Below, piece after piece: positions 7,103 to 15,715 of a stretch of DNA of 20,000 nt (its first letter is position 1; each line of letters opens with the position of its first letter). A program made the translations under genes and the position numbers. Source of the DNA: an uncultured virus (IMG/VR IMGVR_UViG_3300008113_000087) (Duplodnaviria > Heunggongvirae > Uroviricota > Caudoviricetes); the IMG/VR virus record IMGVR_UViG_3300008113_000087. One strand, 5' to 3'. The notes under the pieces were generated by a model, which did no database searches, was not told where the DNA came from, and saw only the letters and a list, made by a program, of their open reading frames with translations.

Positions 7103-7756
7103 CTAGTGTCCTTTAATGCTTCGGTACTGCTCTCTTACTTCAATAAACTTATTTATCCACGTATCACGTTTTTCTTTAAAAATAATTGGTTCGTGATCAT
7201 CGACTGCCATAATAATAACCAAATGTCCGACAGGGATTTCTGTTCTCTCTTCGAAAGCCACAGCATATGCAGCGCACTGCATAAAGTAGTTATGAATATC
7301 GTCTCGCGACTTTACTCTCTTTGATGTTTTAAAGTCAATGACAGCAAGTTTACCTTCATACTCTGCGATACAATCAACTGTTCCAGCAACTTCTAGATGA
7401 TCAGAGTAAAGTGGTGTTTCGAGTGCATGGATGTTGTTAATCTTTGACAACTCAGGTAAGATTGAATCCCACGTGTAGTGGTCAAACATGTCTGGCTTGA
7501 CTGGCTCATTGTTAAGGAACGATTCGCAAAGTGAATGGATGCGAGTTCCTCTATTTGCGGCAGTTGTTGAGATTCTGTTTGCTTCTTCTTCGCCGACTCG
7601 TTTTCTCCATGCGATGATTGCTGCTTTCCCGAGTAATCCTGTAATCGTTGTGACGGAAGGATAGGCTCGACCCGATGGGGTTGAATATACTCTAGTGCCG
7701 TCTGGGGCGGTAGTACGTTCAAGTTTGGGAATATCATGATGTATATGAGTGATCAA
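7103..7756 (-). CDS. PD-(D/E)XK Cas4-like exonuclease of T4-like phages
   Basis: YPSVTT, RGTRIH, AGTVDC, IDFKTS and QCAAYA motifs. Confidence 0.85.
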   Translation of the reverse strand: MITHIHHDIPKLERTTAPDGTRVYSTPSGRAYPSVTTITGLLGKAAIIAWRKRVGEEEANRISTTAANRGTRIHSLCESFLNNEPVKPDMFDHYTWDSILPELSKINNIHALETPLYSDHLEVAGTVDCIAEYEGKLAVIDFKTSKRVKSRDDIHNYFMQCAAYAVAFEERTEIPVGHLVIIMAVDDHEPIIFKEKRDTWINKFIEVREQYRSIKGH

Positions 7757-8370
7757 CTTTTACCTAACAGTTCTTTATTTTTGTTGTAATGTTTAGTGCG
7801 ATCTTCAAGACCAATAGTTCCACCATTAATACGCTTGGTCATTAGAACGATATCGTCTTTATCGCAGATTTCGTTTAGACCATTTGTCTTCCAGAACCAG
7901 CAAGCAGATTCAATAGCACCATCAAGTGTCTCTAGATACGCAATGGTTTCGTCAACAGTTTTACCAATCGCTGTTGCGAATCGTGTATAGTTGTCTTTGC
8001 CAGTCAACTGAATAGCGCCACGTCCACGGTATTTGTATCCATCACCTGATGCTTCGTTGCCATTACTCATTCGATTAGCATAAACTTTATTGGCAATCAT
8101 CTCTGGCTTACGTTCATACTTCAATGCAGTAGCTTCGTCTGGAAAATACTTTTTAAATGTTCCCATCAAACCCTTTGCGCCATAATTTAAGTTCTCTTTC
8201 AGAGTAGTAAAGTCCAGCGACTCATGACCACACTGAGCAAGAAAACCTGCTAAGCGATTTGTTGTATTAATTTCATACTTGTCAATTACTTTATTAAGAG
8301 CAGCAGCAAGAGCATCTGGTGCTTTATTATTCTTACAAGTTTGTTTAATTAGTTCGGCTGTAAGTTTCAT
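7753..8370 (-). CDS. GH19 chitinase-like endolysin
   Basis: FLAQCGHES, ENLNY, YRGRGAIQLTGKDNY, TKRINGGTIGLEDR motifs; start reassigned to ATG 8370. Confidence 0.9.
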   Translation of the reverse strand: MKLTAELIKQTCKNNKAPDALAAALNKVIDKYEINTTNRLAGFLAQCGHESLDFTTLKENLNYGAKGLMGTFKKYFPDEATALKYERKPEMIANKVYANRMSNGNEASGDGYKYRGRGAIQLTGKDNYTRFATAIGKTVDETIAYLETLDGAIESACWFWKTNGLNEICDKDDIVLMTKRINGGTIGLEDRTKHYNKNKELLGKS

Positions 8371-8371
8371 C

Positions 8372-9154
8372 TTAGTCCCTTTTGTTTTCCGTATGATCTT
8401 CATATTTTAGTTTCGCTAGAATATATTCTTTTACTAAACTACTTCTGACGATATCGTTGGGTAAAAATTCAATCCTTGTAAACGCATGCATGTGCATGGC
8501 GATATCAAAAAATTTCAAAATACCAGACATATCGTTTTTCTTTTTATTAAGATCGGTTTGGCGATAGTCACCGCACCAAATAATTTTAGAACGATAACCA
8601 ACACGTGTCATGACTGTATCAATTTCTTCATACGTCATGTTTTGCATCTCATCTACAATAATGATAGCATCATCAAAAGACATACCACGAATAAATGATG
8701 TAGATATAAACTCAATATAATTTTGTTCTTCTAATCTATCGTAAGCATCCTTACGTCCAAATAATGTTTCACATATTTGCTTGTATGGTTGACGGTAGAT
8801 ATCAGTTTTCTCATCAATGTCTCCTGGCAGATGCCCAACTTCTCTTGATGGGACAGCCGATCTAACAATAATAATTTTCTTAAATGGATTTCCTCTGTCG
8901 AGAACTTCCTCAAGTGCTTTATATAGTGCGATAAAGGTTTTACCAGTTCCCGCTACACCATGAAGTGCCACAAAATAATCACCACGCTTATACGCATCGT
9001 AAAACATTTTCTGGTTGTCAGTAAGAGGGGGAAAACTCTTTAAGTCATCTAATCTAACTTTCAAAGAATTAGAAGATACTGTTTTTGGTTTTTGGTTCGT
9101 ATTCTCAGGATGAAATTCTTGTTCTGAGGGTGCTTGTTGCGCACGTCTAGCCAT
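8372..9154 (-). CDS. phoH: PhoH-like ATPase
   Basis: GVAGTGKT Walker A, GHLPG, FIRGMSF, IVDEMQN, GDYRQTD, DIVRSSLVK. Confidence 0.95.
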   Translation of the reverse strand: MARRAQQAPSEQEFHPENTNQKPKTVSSNSLKVRLDDLKSFPPLTDNQKMFYDAYKRGDYFVALHGVAGTGKTFIALYKALEEVLDRGNPFKKIIIVRSAVPSREVGHLPGDIDEKTDIYRQPYKQICETLFGRKDAYDRLEEQNYIEFISTSFIRGMSFDDAIIIVDEMQNMTYEEIDTVMTRVGYRSKIIWCGDYRQTDLNKKKNDMSGILKFFDIAMHMHAFTRIEFLPNDIVRSSLVKEYILAKLKYEDHTENKRD

Positions 9155-9163
9155 ATGAGTTCC

Positions 9164-9409
9164 TTATTCTAAATTTCCACTTTTCTTCATAACGCTTCCA
9201 GGAGATCTAGAGTGTATGTTATTTAAAACTTCCTTAAAACCTTGTGGTGGTTTTAGACCACCCAATCTTATCGGATCACAAATAGCTGCAGATGTTAAAA
9301 CAGTTTCAATGTTAGGATTATCTTTTAGATAAGTTTCGCGTTCGCTCATGCTCATAAACTTATCGAACACATCACCAGTTGCTTTATCTTTGAAACTATA
9401 CGTTGGCAA
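9164..9409 (-). CDS. FmdB-like small protein of T4-like phages
   Basis: MPTYSF....TG..F...MS N-terminus; TTG start with AGGAG SD; typical position upstream of phoH. Confidence 0.7.
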   Translation of the reverse strand: MPTYSFKDKATGDVFDKFMSMSERETYLKDNPNIETVLTSAAICDPIRLGGLKPPQGFKEVLNNIHSRSPGSVMKKSGNLE

Positions 9410-9419
9410 ATATTTCTCC

Positions 9420-10052
9420 TTACATTAATTCAGTTGACATTGATATGAAACGATTTCTCTTGACATCATTTACGATGTAACAAGACTCATCTATTTTATT
9501 TAGTCCATCTGCGAACCATAATGGCATTGGTCGATTAGTCCACTTAGCAAATAATCTTTTCTTTTCTAAGTAGTATTTATGGTAAGATGCGAGAGAATCA
9601 CCTGGGATTTTGCAATCAACAGGCATAGCAGGTGTTGGTTCAGTGAATGGACCAATTGGTAAATTTCTTGGAAAATTATTCTTCAGTGCTTGCATTAATC
9701 CTGATTGTTCTACGCTGTGGACTTTACCATATCTGAAGGTATATTCTACACAGGTCTCTTCAAGCAACTCAGCAAGCCACATATAGTTTTGAACATTGGC
9801 ACGACACCAAATACCTGATGGGTGGTTTACGTGCGATGCTTTAAACAGAAGTGTTTCTAGATTATGGTCATCTAATTTCCATCTTTGAATTTTACGACCA
9901 GCATTTGTCAATGCTTCATATTGTGTACCATCAAGGATTCTATGTGCAGTTGATAGCAACTGTGCATATTCAAGAATCATTTTCACAACGTGTTTGTCTA
10001 GGTGCATTTGAGCACAAGTCTTTGGTTCATTATCAAGATAAAAAATATTCAT
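9420..10052 (-). CDS. pyrimidine-dimer DNA glycosylase/endonuclease V-related protein
   Basis: MNIFYLD...DKHVVKMILEYAQLLSTAH...HVNHPS.IW...EYT.RYGKVH...AMP motif family. Confidence 0.7.
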   Translation of the reverse strand: MNIFYLDNEPKTCAQMHLDKHVVKMILEYAQLLSTAHRILDGTQYEALTNAGRKIQRWKLDDHNLETLLFKASHVNHPSGIWCRANVQNYMWLAELLEETCVEYTFRYGKVHSVEQSGLMQALKNNFPRNLPIGPFTEPTPAMPVDCKIPGDSLASYHKYYLEKKRLFAKWTNRPMPLWFADGLNKIDESCYIVNDVKRNRFISMSTELM

Positions 10053-10057
10053 AGTCT

Positions 10058-10258
10058 TCACCAATTATGTATAACATTTGCGATAATAAAAATACAAGTC
10101 ACTACATGAATTATAACCCAAAACGTCTTTAATAGCAATGCTATCTTTGCTTCATACAAAGTTAAAATTGGAACATCTGGTTTGTCATCATCACTGTGAC
10201 CCATCAGATGTCCCGTGGCTCTTGCCCATATCAACCACATTCTAAATCTTTGCTGCAT
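10058..10258 (-). CDS. small membrane protein
   Basis: 66 aa with a C-terminal hydrophobic helix; in the operon chain. Confidence 0.6.
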   Translation of the reverse strand: MQQRFRMWLIWARATGHLMGHSDDDKPDVPILTLYEAKIALLLKTFWVIIHVVTCIFIIANVIHNW

Positions 10259-10751
10259 TAATTGCTTTCAACTGCAAAACAATACTATCTAATGTCGCAA
10301 GAGTTTTATTCATATGTGTATCTTCGTGAAGGATGCCATGTCCACCAGCTTCAGTAAAAGGTAATGCGCAATCAGGTCTATCGTCAATAAGAATAGACAT
10401 TGGATTGGCGTATTTCTTTTTCTCATTAAACATCTTTACGAAGTTTGGGTGATAGTCAATACCATGACTCTTTAGCCAAACAGTTTTCTGCCGTGCTGCC
10501 TCAGCACCTTGTTCTGTGCGTTGCGTTCCCACTGATGTTAGCATCTCAACTTTAACACCACGAATAGTACGAACATGGTCAATCAATCGTTTGCCATTTG
10601 GCATCCAGTTTAGATCCTCAAAGATCTTACCATCCATAACTGCTTTAGCAAAAATGTCTTTATCATATTTCACACCAGCTGGTTTGAGCACTTCAAACTT
10701 TTCCATGAAGTTGCAGACAACCCCATCCATGTCCAAGTAAATCGTAATCAT
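10242..10751 (-). CDS. HAD-family 5'(3')-nucleotidase (NT5C-like)
   Basis: IYLDMDGVV motif I, MLTS, K..WL, ILIDDR, AGG.GILH. Confidence 0.85.
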   Translation of the reverse strand: MITIYLDMDGVVCNFMEKFEVLKPAGVKYDKDIFAKAVMDGKIFEDLNWMPNGKRLIDHVRTIRGVKVEMLTSVGTQRTEQGAEAARQKTVWLKSHGIDYHPNFVKMFNEKKKYANPMSILIDDRPDCALPFTEAGGHGILHEDTHMNKTLATLDSIVLQLKAINAAKI

Positions 10752-11161
10752 TTTGTTGCTTCACCTATAATCTTATATCCCTTACCAGTAGGATGAATCT
10801 TATCGGGACTCATATTCGCTTCAGGTCTTGGGATAATTGTATCACCATATTCAGCAGCAATTTTTGTGATCACTGCCATCTGTTCTTGTTTTCTATCTTT
10901 GCCAAGACTAATCCAAAACACTCGATCTGCTTTAACAGTAGATCTCATCTTGCGAAGTTCAGCTTCAGTCTTCACACCCTTATGGTCATTGGCACCAAGC
11001 GAAATGATTAAAGTCTTTGCTGGTTTCTCTGATGCTTTTGCCAAGTAGTCTTTATTCCATTGCCAACTATTCCATCCACCCTTGGCATAGGAAACACATT
11101 CAGGTCTTGCGTATGATGTTCCTACTGCGATGCTATCACCAACAATCATACAATCAATCAT
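10748..11161 (-). CDS. SGNH/GDSL hydrolase
   Basis: VGDSIA, ISLGAND and DKIHPT.KGY blocks; GAGG SD before ATG 11161. Confidence 0.85.
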   Translation of the reverse strand: MIDCMIVGDSIAVGTSYARPECVSYAKGGWNSWQWNKDYLAKASEKPAKTLIISLGANDHKGVKTEAELRKMRSTVKADRVFWISLGKDRKQEQMAVITKIAAEYGDTIIPRPEANMSPDKIHPTGKGYKIIGEATK

Positions 11162-11163
11162 GA

Positions 11164-11541
11164 TTACCTCACAAATTTGCTGAAGTCTGGCGGTTGCCAA
11201 CCCTCTGGTTTAAGAATCTTTCCATCTTCTCTGCGAATAACATTTCCTGTTTCTTTATCAATCTTTGATAGATTAGACTTAGCACCTTCATCCCAAGCAA
11301 GGTTCGGATTCCATCCACGTGCATACATGTAACCAACAATGACCCACATCATATCGAAGCAAGCATCTAGTTGTTCCGCATCATCACTTGCTGCTTCTGC
11401 TTCCCAGAACTCATCGACTTCTTCCTTGATGAGTTTCTTATATAACTCGGCAAGATCAGAAACTTTAGGATCTGGTGTGGTTGGGTAACTTTGATTACAT
11501 GCTTTTAAAAAGACTGCAACATCTGTGAATACTTTGCTCAT
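11164..11541 (-). CDS. MazG-like / PRA-PH-type NTP pyrophosphohydrolase
   Basis: LIKEEVDEF...EQLDACFD, SNLSK, RREDGKILKPEGWQPP. Confidence 0.85.
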   Translation of the reverse strand: MSKVFTDVAVFLKACNQSYPTTPDPKVSDLAELYKKLIKEEVDEFWEAEAASDDAEQLDACFDMMWVIVGYMYARGWNPNLAWDEGAKSNLSKIDKETGNVIRREDGKILKPEGWQPPDFSKFVR

Positions 11542-11542
11542 A

Positions 11543-12196
11543 TTAATCCCACAGTCCTCTATAATATTTACCGAATAGTTTAAGTCCTCTAGCAATACGT
11601 TCATCATGCAGTTTAATCGCATCGTGATCCATTTTGAAAGTATTCTTGGGTCCATCTTTCATTTCATACAGTTCTGGATTATCTTCAGTCTTTTCCCATA
11701 CGGTATCATGTTCACCAGAACAGTATTGTTCCATCCAATCTGTGTCGGGGTGTAGTTGTTCAAACGTCCAGATTAATTCTTCCATCACCCAGTCCCAACG
11801 CTTAAAGTGATTTTCGTCAGTATCCCACTCATTTTCTTTTGCGGGTGCTGATGTAGATTTCAATTCTTCAGGAACATCTTCATCATCTACGCATGGCGCA
11901 CCTTGTTTCGCAGCATGTAGTTGTTTAAGCATAGGCAAAATAATCAATGCCAATGTGCTGTCCATATTCCACGTATCCCATCTATCAAGTTTTACATAAG
12001 TGATTTTTGGGTGAACAAAGTCAAGAACTTTCATCACCAACTCCATAGGTTTAACCAACCAGTCAGTATACTTGTCGTTCTTGTCATCGTATAAGTCAAA
12101 TTCTGGATCAGTCCATTTTTTCCAGAAGAGAACTTTCTCCATAATTGTGTATGGAGAAATCCAGTGGTAACGATAATTACTTGTATAAATTTTCAT
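11543..12196 (-). CDS. conserved hypothetical phage protein
   Basis: WDTWNMDSTLALIILPMLKQL...GAP.VDDEDVPEEL...GLKLFGKYYRGLWD pattern typical of large phages. Confidence 0.75.
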   Translation of the reverse strand: MKIYTSNYRYHWISPYTIMEKVLFWKKWTDPEFDLYDDKNDKYTDWLVKPMELVMKVLDFVHPKITYVKLDRWDTWNMDSTLALIILPMLKQLHAAKQGAPCVDDEDVPEELKSTSAPAKENEWDTDENHFKRWDWVMEELIWTFEQLHPDTDWMEQYCSGEHDTVWEKTEDNPELYEMKDGPKNTFKMDHDAIKLHDERIARGLKLFGKYYRGLWD

Positions 12197-12199
12197 ATG

Positions 12200-12679
12200 T
12201 TATTTTCTATATAAGTGGTGGTGAGGATCTTCCTGCGCTTTATAACCATCGGGAGTGCAAAACACCTCCAGCTTTTTATCGTCTGACCAACTCTTAGCAT
12301 AGTCATTATCTACATCACACATAGCCAATGCTTCTTCTCTAGACACTACACGATGGCTGCAAATTAGTTCGGGTAATGCTTCTTGTGAAAACTCTTTTGC
12401 TTCATTCATTGTAACAGTATCTAAAGCCCACTCAGGATTAGAAGCTGGGACTTCAACAAGATAACGCATACGATATGTTTGTAGCGCATCTACCATAACT
12501 AACACAGTCTTAGGTTTTTCTTTTTTCATAAGTGTAAAACTCCCATCTTTGTTATCTACCCAATCAAGTTCATCACCAATGGCGAAGCCAGATTTTTCTA
12601 GCATCTCATCAGTGAATGTAATAAAGTATTCACCATCTTTATCTTGCTCAACTTCAAGTAACCAACTATTTTTACTCAT
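12200..12679 (-). CDS. protein with N-terminal AbrB/MazE-like domain
   Basis: EVEQD.DGEYFITF.DEML...GF.IGDELDW.DNKDGSFTL resembles a swapped-hairpin domain; GGAG SD before ATG 12679. Confidence 0.6.
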   Translation of the reverse strand: MSKNSWLLEVEQDKDGEYFITFTDEMLEKSGFAIGDELDWVDNKDGSFTLMKKEKPKTVLVMVDALQTYRMRYLVEVPASNPEWALDTVTMNEAKEFSQEALPELICSHRVVSREEALAMCDVDNDYAKSWSDDKKLEVFCTPDGYKAQEDPHHHLYRK

Positions 12680-13727
12680 ATTTAATCTCCAACCAATTTG
12701 TTTCTTCAGAAAGAATCTCAATAATTATACCAGCTGATGCAGCATTAGTAATCATATTAGAGAGAACTCCATCACCATACATGTTCGTGCCATAAGATGC
12801 TTTATGGCAAGCATAGGTTGAACCACTGCTCCCATCAAACATAAAGCACTGCCCTTCTTCATACGCTCTCGTGATGCCACTGTTCAGTTTCCATGAATCT
12901 GAACCAGCCCACCCACCATACCAACAAACAACACGTGTATCACCAATCATATAATCAAACAACTCATGCGTATGACCATGTGTCCATAGTTTAATCTGTG
13001 GGCGATCCATAATAAACTCACTTAGATCGCTATGATATCCACCATTCATTATTTGATCATCGCTATATTTTGGATGACAACTCTTGTGACTCGGAGTGTG
13101 GTGTCCAACCACAACAAACTTATCATCATGTTTACCCTCAACAACAGTTTTAATGTAGTCTAACATTTTCTTGTGATCTTCAACAGCATCCTCGGGACAG
13201 AATACTGCTGCTCGAGTTCTGAATGTTGGGTGTTCTGGATTCTCAGGATCATCGTACGATTTAAAGTTGACAACACGATTACTGTTTTCAACACAACGGA
13301 AGTCGTTCATCATTCTACGAATTCCATGAAGTGTCAAAGGATCTTCCTTATTCATGTCAGTCCACAATGTGCCACCGATAAATGTTATGTCGTCAATCTT
13401 AACTGTTTCTTTATCGAGGATGTGTAGGTTCGTAAGGTGTCCAAGACATTTCCTGAGGTGAGGAATAGTATCAGCAAAATCACCATGATAGTGCTCGTGG
13501 TTACCCACAATATAAACCACGTGAGGAAAGACACTAGCACAGTTGCTGAAAAACTCATGATACCGTTTAGACTTTCCAAAGTCCACAATATTATGGGGGT
13601 CGGGAAGCATGAGGTCACGAGCCACACAAATATCACCAGACAAAATAAGGACGTGCGCATTTTCTGTATTCTCCAATACCAATTGACCAAACTCTAAATG
13701 CACATCAGAACAAAGTGCTACTTTCAT
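12672..13727 (-). CDS. calcineurin-like metallophosphoesterase, apparently fused in frame to the C-terminal part of another phage protein
   Basis: SDVHLEF, SGDI, GNHEHY, GGTLWTD, HHTPS and HGHTH motifs; after TRVVC the sequence switches to WYGG.AGSDSWKLNSGIT. Confidence 0.8.
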   Translation of the reverse strand: MKVALCSDVHLEFGQLVLENTENAHVLILSGDICVARDLMLPDPHNIVDFGKSKRYHEFFSNCASVFPHVVYIVGNHEHYHGDFADTIPHLRKCLGHLTNLHILDKETVKIDDITFIGGTLWTDMNKEDPLTLHGIRRMMNDFRCVENSNRVVNFKSYDDPENPEHPTFRTRAAVFCPEDAVEDHKKMLDYIKTVVEGKHDDKFVVVGHHTPSHKSCHPKYSDDQIMNGGYHSDLSEFIMDRPQIKLWTHGHTHELFDYMIGDTRVVCWYGGWAGSDSWKLNSGITRAYEEGQCFMFDGSSGSTYACHKASYGTNMYGDGVLSNMITNAASAGIIIEILSEETNWLEIKYE

Positions 13728-14191
13728 TTTAAATCTCCATACTCGGGGTAGGAAGGACGACACGAATCTAAGTCATATGTCCACTCTAAGACTTTCATCA
13801 TCTTATGTTTAACACGTAGGTTGGGTTGACGATAGCGATCAGTGGGAGTAAATCCCATCATTTCAGCAACTTCGACAACAGCGCCACTGCGACAAATACC
13901 AGCATGACAATGAACAACTACATTCATGTGCTTATCAAGCGCACGACGCAGAAGTTTCACAAGTTGGTCAGCTTGCTCATCGGAAATTTTACATTCATCC
14001 TCATAGGGATCATTGTCTTCAGCATCTAAAAATTCAAATTGATAAACTTCTTTGAAGGGATATTTGACGCAACCAAAAAAGGTTGCGGGATCTTGAATGC
14101 GAATGAGCATAGAGTTTGTTCCTGCGTCCATATGCATACCAGATGCCACATCGGACTTACTCACATTTTCAATGAAACGAACAACACTCAT
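13724..14191 (-). CDS. protein tyrosine/dual-specificity phosphatase
   Basis: VVHCHAGICRS (HCX5R) motif. Confidence 0.85.
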   Translation of the reverse strand: MSVVRFIENVSKSDVASGMHMDAGTNSMLIRIQDPATFFGCVKYPFKEVYQFEFLDAEDNDPYEDECKISDEQADQLVKLLRRALDKHMNVVVHCHAGICRSGAVVEVAEMMGFTPTDRYRQPNLRVKHKMMKVLEWTYDLDSCRPSYPEYGDLK

Positions 14192-14200
14192 ATTATTTCC

Positions 14201-14491
14201 TTACATAATCATACGGAACAAACCAAACGTATCGATAGCAGTTAGCAAGATGTAGTTAGCCAACATGCCAAAAGATTTCCTAGTATAAGCAGCCCAAGCA
14301 TACATAGCACAACCAGCGATCCAAACAGGATAAAGAGCAAGTAGCGGAGGGTTGGGGACTGTGATTGCCATAGTGATTGAGCAACCAATACTGACAGCCC
14401 AAGCAAGCAACTCAACACAAAAACGAAACTTGTTACTGTTCCAATCATTACGAATCCATTCAAAAGTAGGCGCAAACATTTTATCTATCAT
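14201..14491 (-). CDS. small multi-pass membrane protein
   Basis: 96 aa with about three hydrophobic segments; directly downstream of a promoter. Confidence 0.7.
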   Translation of the reverse strand: MIDKMFAPTFEWIRNDWNSNKFRFCVELLAWAVSIGCSITMAITVPNPPLLALYPVWIAGCAMYAWAAYTRKSFGMLANYILLTAIDTFGLFRMIM

Positions 14492-14497
14492 AAGACT

Positions 14498-14526
14498 ATT
14501 ATACTCTCAATCATAATTAAAGTAAA
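14498..14526 (-). promoter_or_regulatory. sigma70-type early promoter
   Basis: TTTACT, 17 nt, TATAAT, 6 nt, ATG (14491). Confidence 0.8.
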
Positions 14527-14532
14527 GGATTA

Positions 14533-14558
14533 TTTAAACCCCTACAAAGTGTAGGGTT
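14533..14558 (-). terminator. hairpin after oxygenase cluster (CCCTAC-N5-GTAGGG)
   Basis: Minus strand reads AACCCTACACTTTGTAGGGGTTT, overlapping the stop codon of 14557-15126. Confidence 0.5.
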
Positions 14559-15126
14559 ATAGAACGTAGTGCTCTTTCTCGATTTCCATGACACCAGTGA
14601 TACGCCAGTCGCTTCCAAGATTCTTCATGTAGTGCTGTGTGAACTCACCATTAAATGTTCGAAACTCACCAGTGTTCCAAACTTTGGATTCGCCATCAAA
14701 CACTAAACATTGATTTGTTGGATCTGGGATGTGTATACCAAAAGAAGTAGTAAACCCTTCTACGTGTTTTCCCATGCTCCCACGTATCCATGACCAAACA
14801 TGACCATCATGATGCACTGGTAACATTTTTCCAGGACGAATAAAATTTATACACATATCAATCATTCCTGGGCATTCGTATGCTTGCGCAACTGTTCTTT
14901 CCCATCCATCAGACCATGGCTGTTGAACTTTTCTTGCGTCAATAATTGGCAGTGCCATAAAGCCATTGGCATTTTCTGGTGGCATCTCATATCGTGAAGC
15001 AGCATCGACACACTTACTATCAATGTCATACTTCAGTTTCCACTCAGCATAATCTTCTAGCATACACTGCATCAACTTTTGTAGTTGATCGTAGTGCTTA
15101 TATTGTACTGGATCACCCAACCACAT
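14557..15126 (-). CDS. Asp/Asn beta-hydroxylase-like 2OG-Fe(II) oxygenase (paralogue 3)
   Basis: NFIRPG..LPVHHD (HxD), distal QHYMKN, WRI. Confidence 0.75.
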   Translation of the reverse strand: MWLGDPVQYKHYDQLQKLMQCMLEDYAEWKLKYDIDSKCVDAASRYEMPPENANGFMALPIIDARKVQQPWSDGWERTVAQAYECPGMIDMCINFIRPGKMLPVHHDGHVWSWIRGSMGKHVEGFTTSFGIHIPDPTNQCLVFDGESKVWNTGEFRTFNGEFTQHYMKNLGSDWRITGVMEIEKEHYVL

Positions 15127-15715
15127 TATTCCACTCCTTCTCGGACAGGTCTATAACACTGCTCACTCGCCATGCATCACATAAGTTCCATACGTAGTGC
15201 GCATAATTTCTGCCATCGAAAGCAGTAATTTCTTTGTTGACATAGGAACGAATGTCATCACCAAATTGTATACCTTGCTTCTCAGTATCGATGGGCTCAA
15301 GCATATCTATACCAATGGCAGCAGTATATCCCTTTGGGTTTGGGAAGTGTTGAGCGATTCTTTCCCACGATCCGAAGTCATTGTGCCATGGTAACTTACC
15401 ACCATTGGGACGAATGAAGTTAATGATTTGTTGATAGAGTCCAGGCAATGTTTGAGTAATCGCCTTTGTTCTTAGCCAGTGATTCGGATACATTGTGTTG
15501 TCAATTTGTCCATCAACGAAAATAGGAACTGCCCACCAGTCATCTTCATAGTCTAGTTTCTGAGATTCTAATTCTGGATACTCAAACTTAAATACGCAGA
15601 CATGTTTTCTCGGATCTGGATGGTCAACGATAAACTCATCGTAATCGAGTTTAAGTGCATCTGCCATCTTCACTAACAGATCGTAGTGTTTATATTTTGT
15701 GGCATCAACGAACAT
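15113..15715 (-). CDS. Asp/Asn beta-hydroxylase-like 2OG-Fe(II) oxygenase (paralogue 2)
   Basis: NFIRPNGGKLPWHND, FDGR..AHYVWN, WRV. Confidence 0.75.
   Translation of the reverse strand: MFVDATKYKHYDLLVKMADALKLDYDEFIVDHPDPRKHVCVFKFEYPELESQKLDYEDDWWAVPIFVDGQIDNTMYPNHWLRTKAITQTLPGLYQQIINFIRPNGGKLPWHNDFGSWERIAQHFPNPKGYTAAIGIDMLEPIDTEKQGIQFGDDIRSYVNKEITAFDGRNYAHYVWNLCDAWRVSSVIDLSEKEWNNVVG

Noticed and set aside
7103..7756. Cas4-like nuclease as a sign of CRISPR-Cas
   Set aside because: No repeat-spacer array or other cas genes are seen; solo Cas4-like exonucleases are standard in T4-like phages.
12200..12679. Toxin-antitoxin pair from the AbrB/MazE-like domain
   Set aside because: No recognisable adjacent toxin; the neighbours are a phosphoesterase and a conserved hypothetical.
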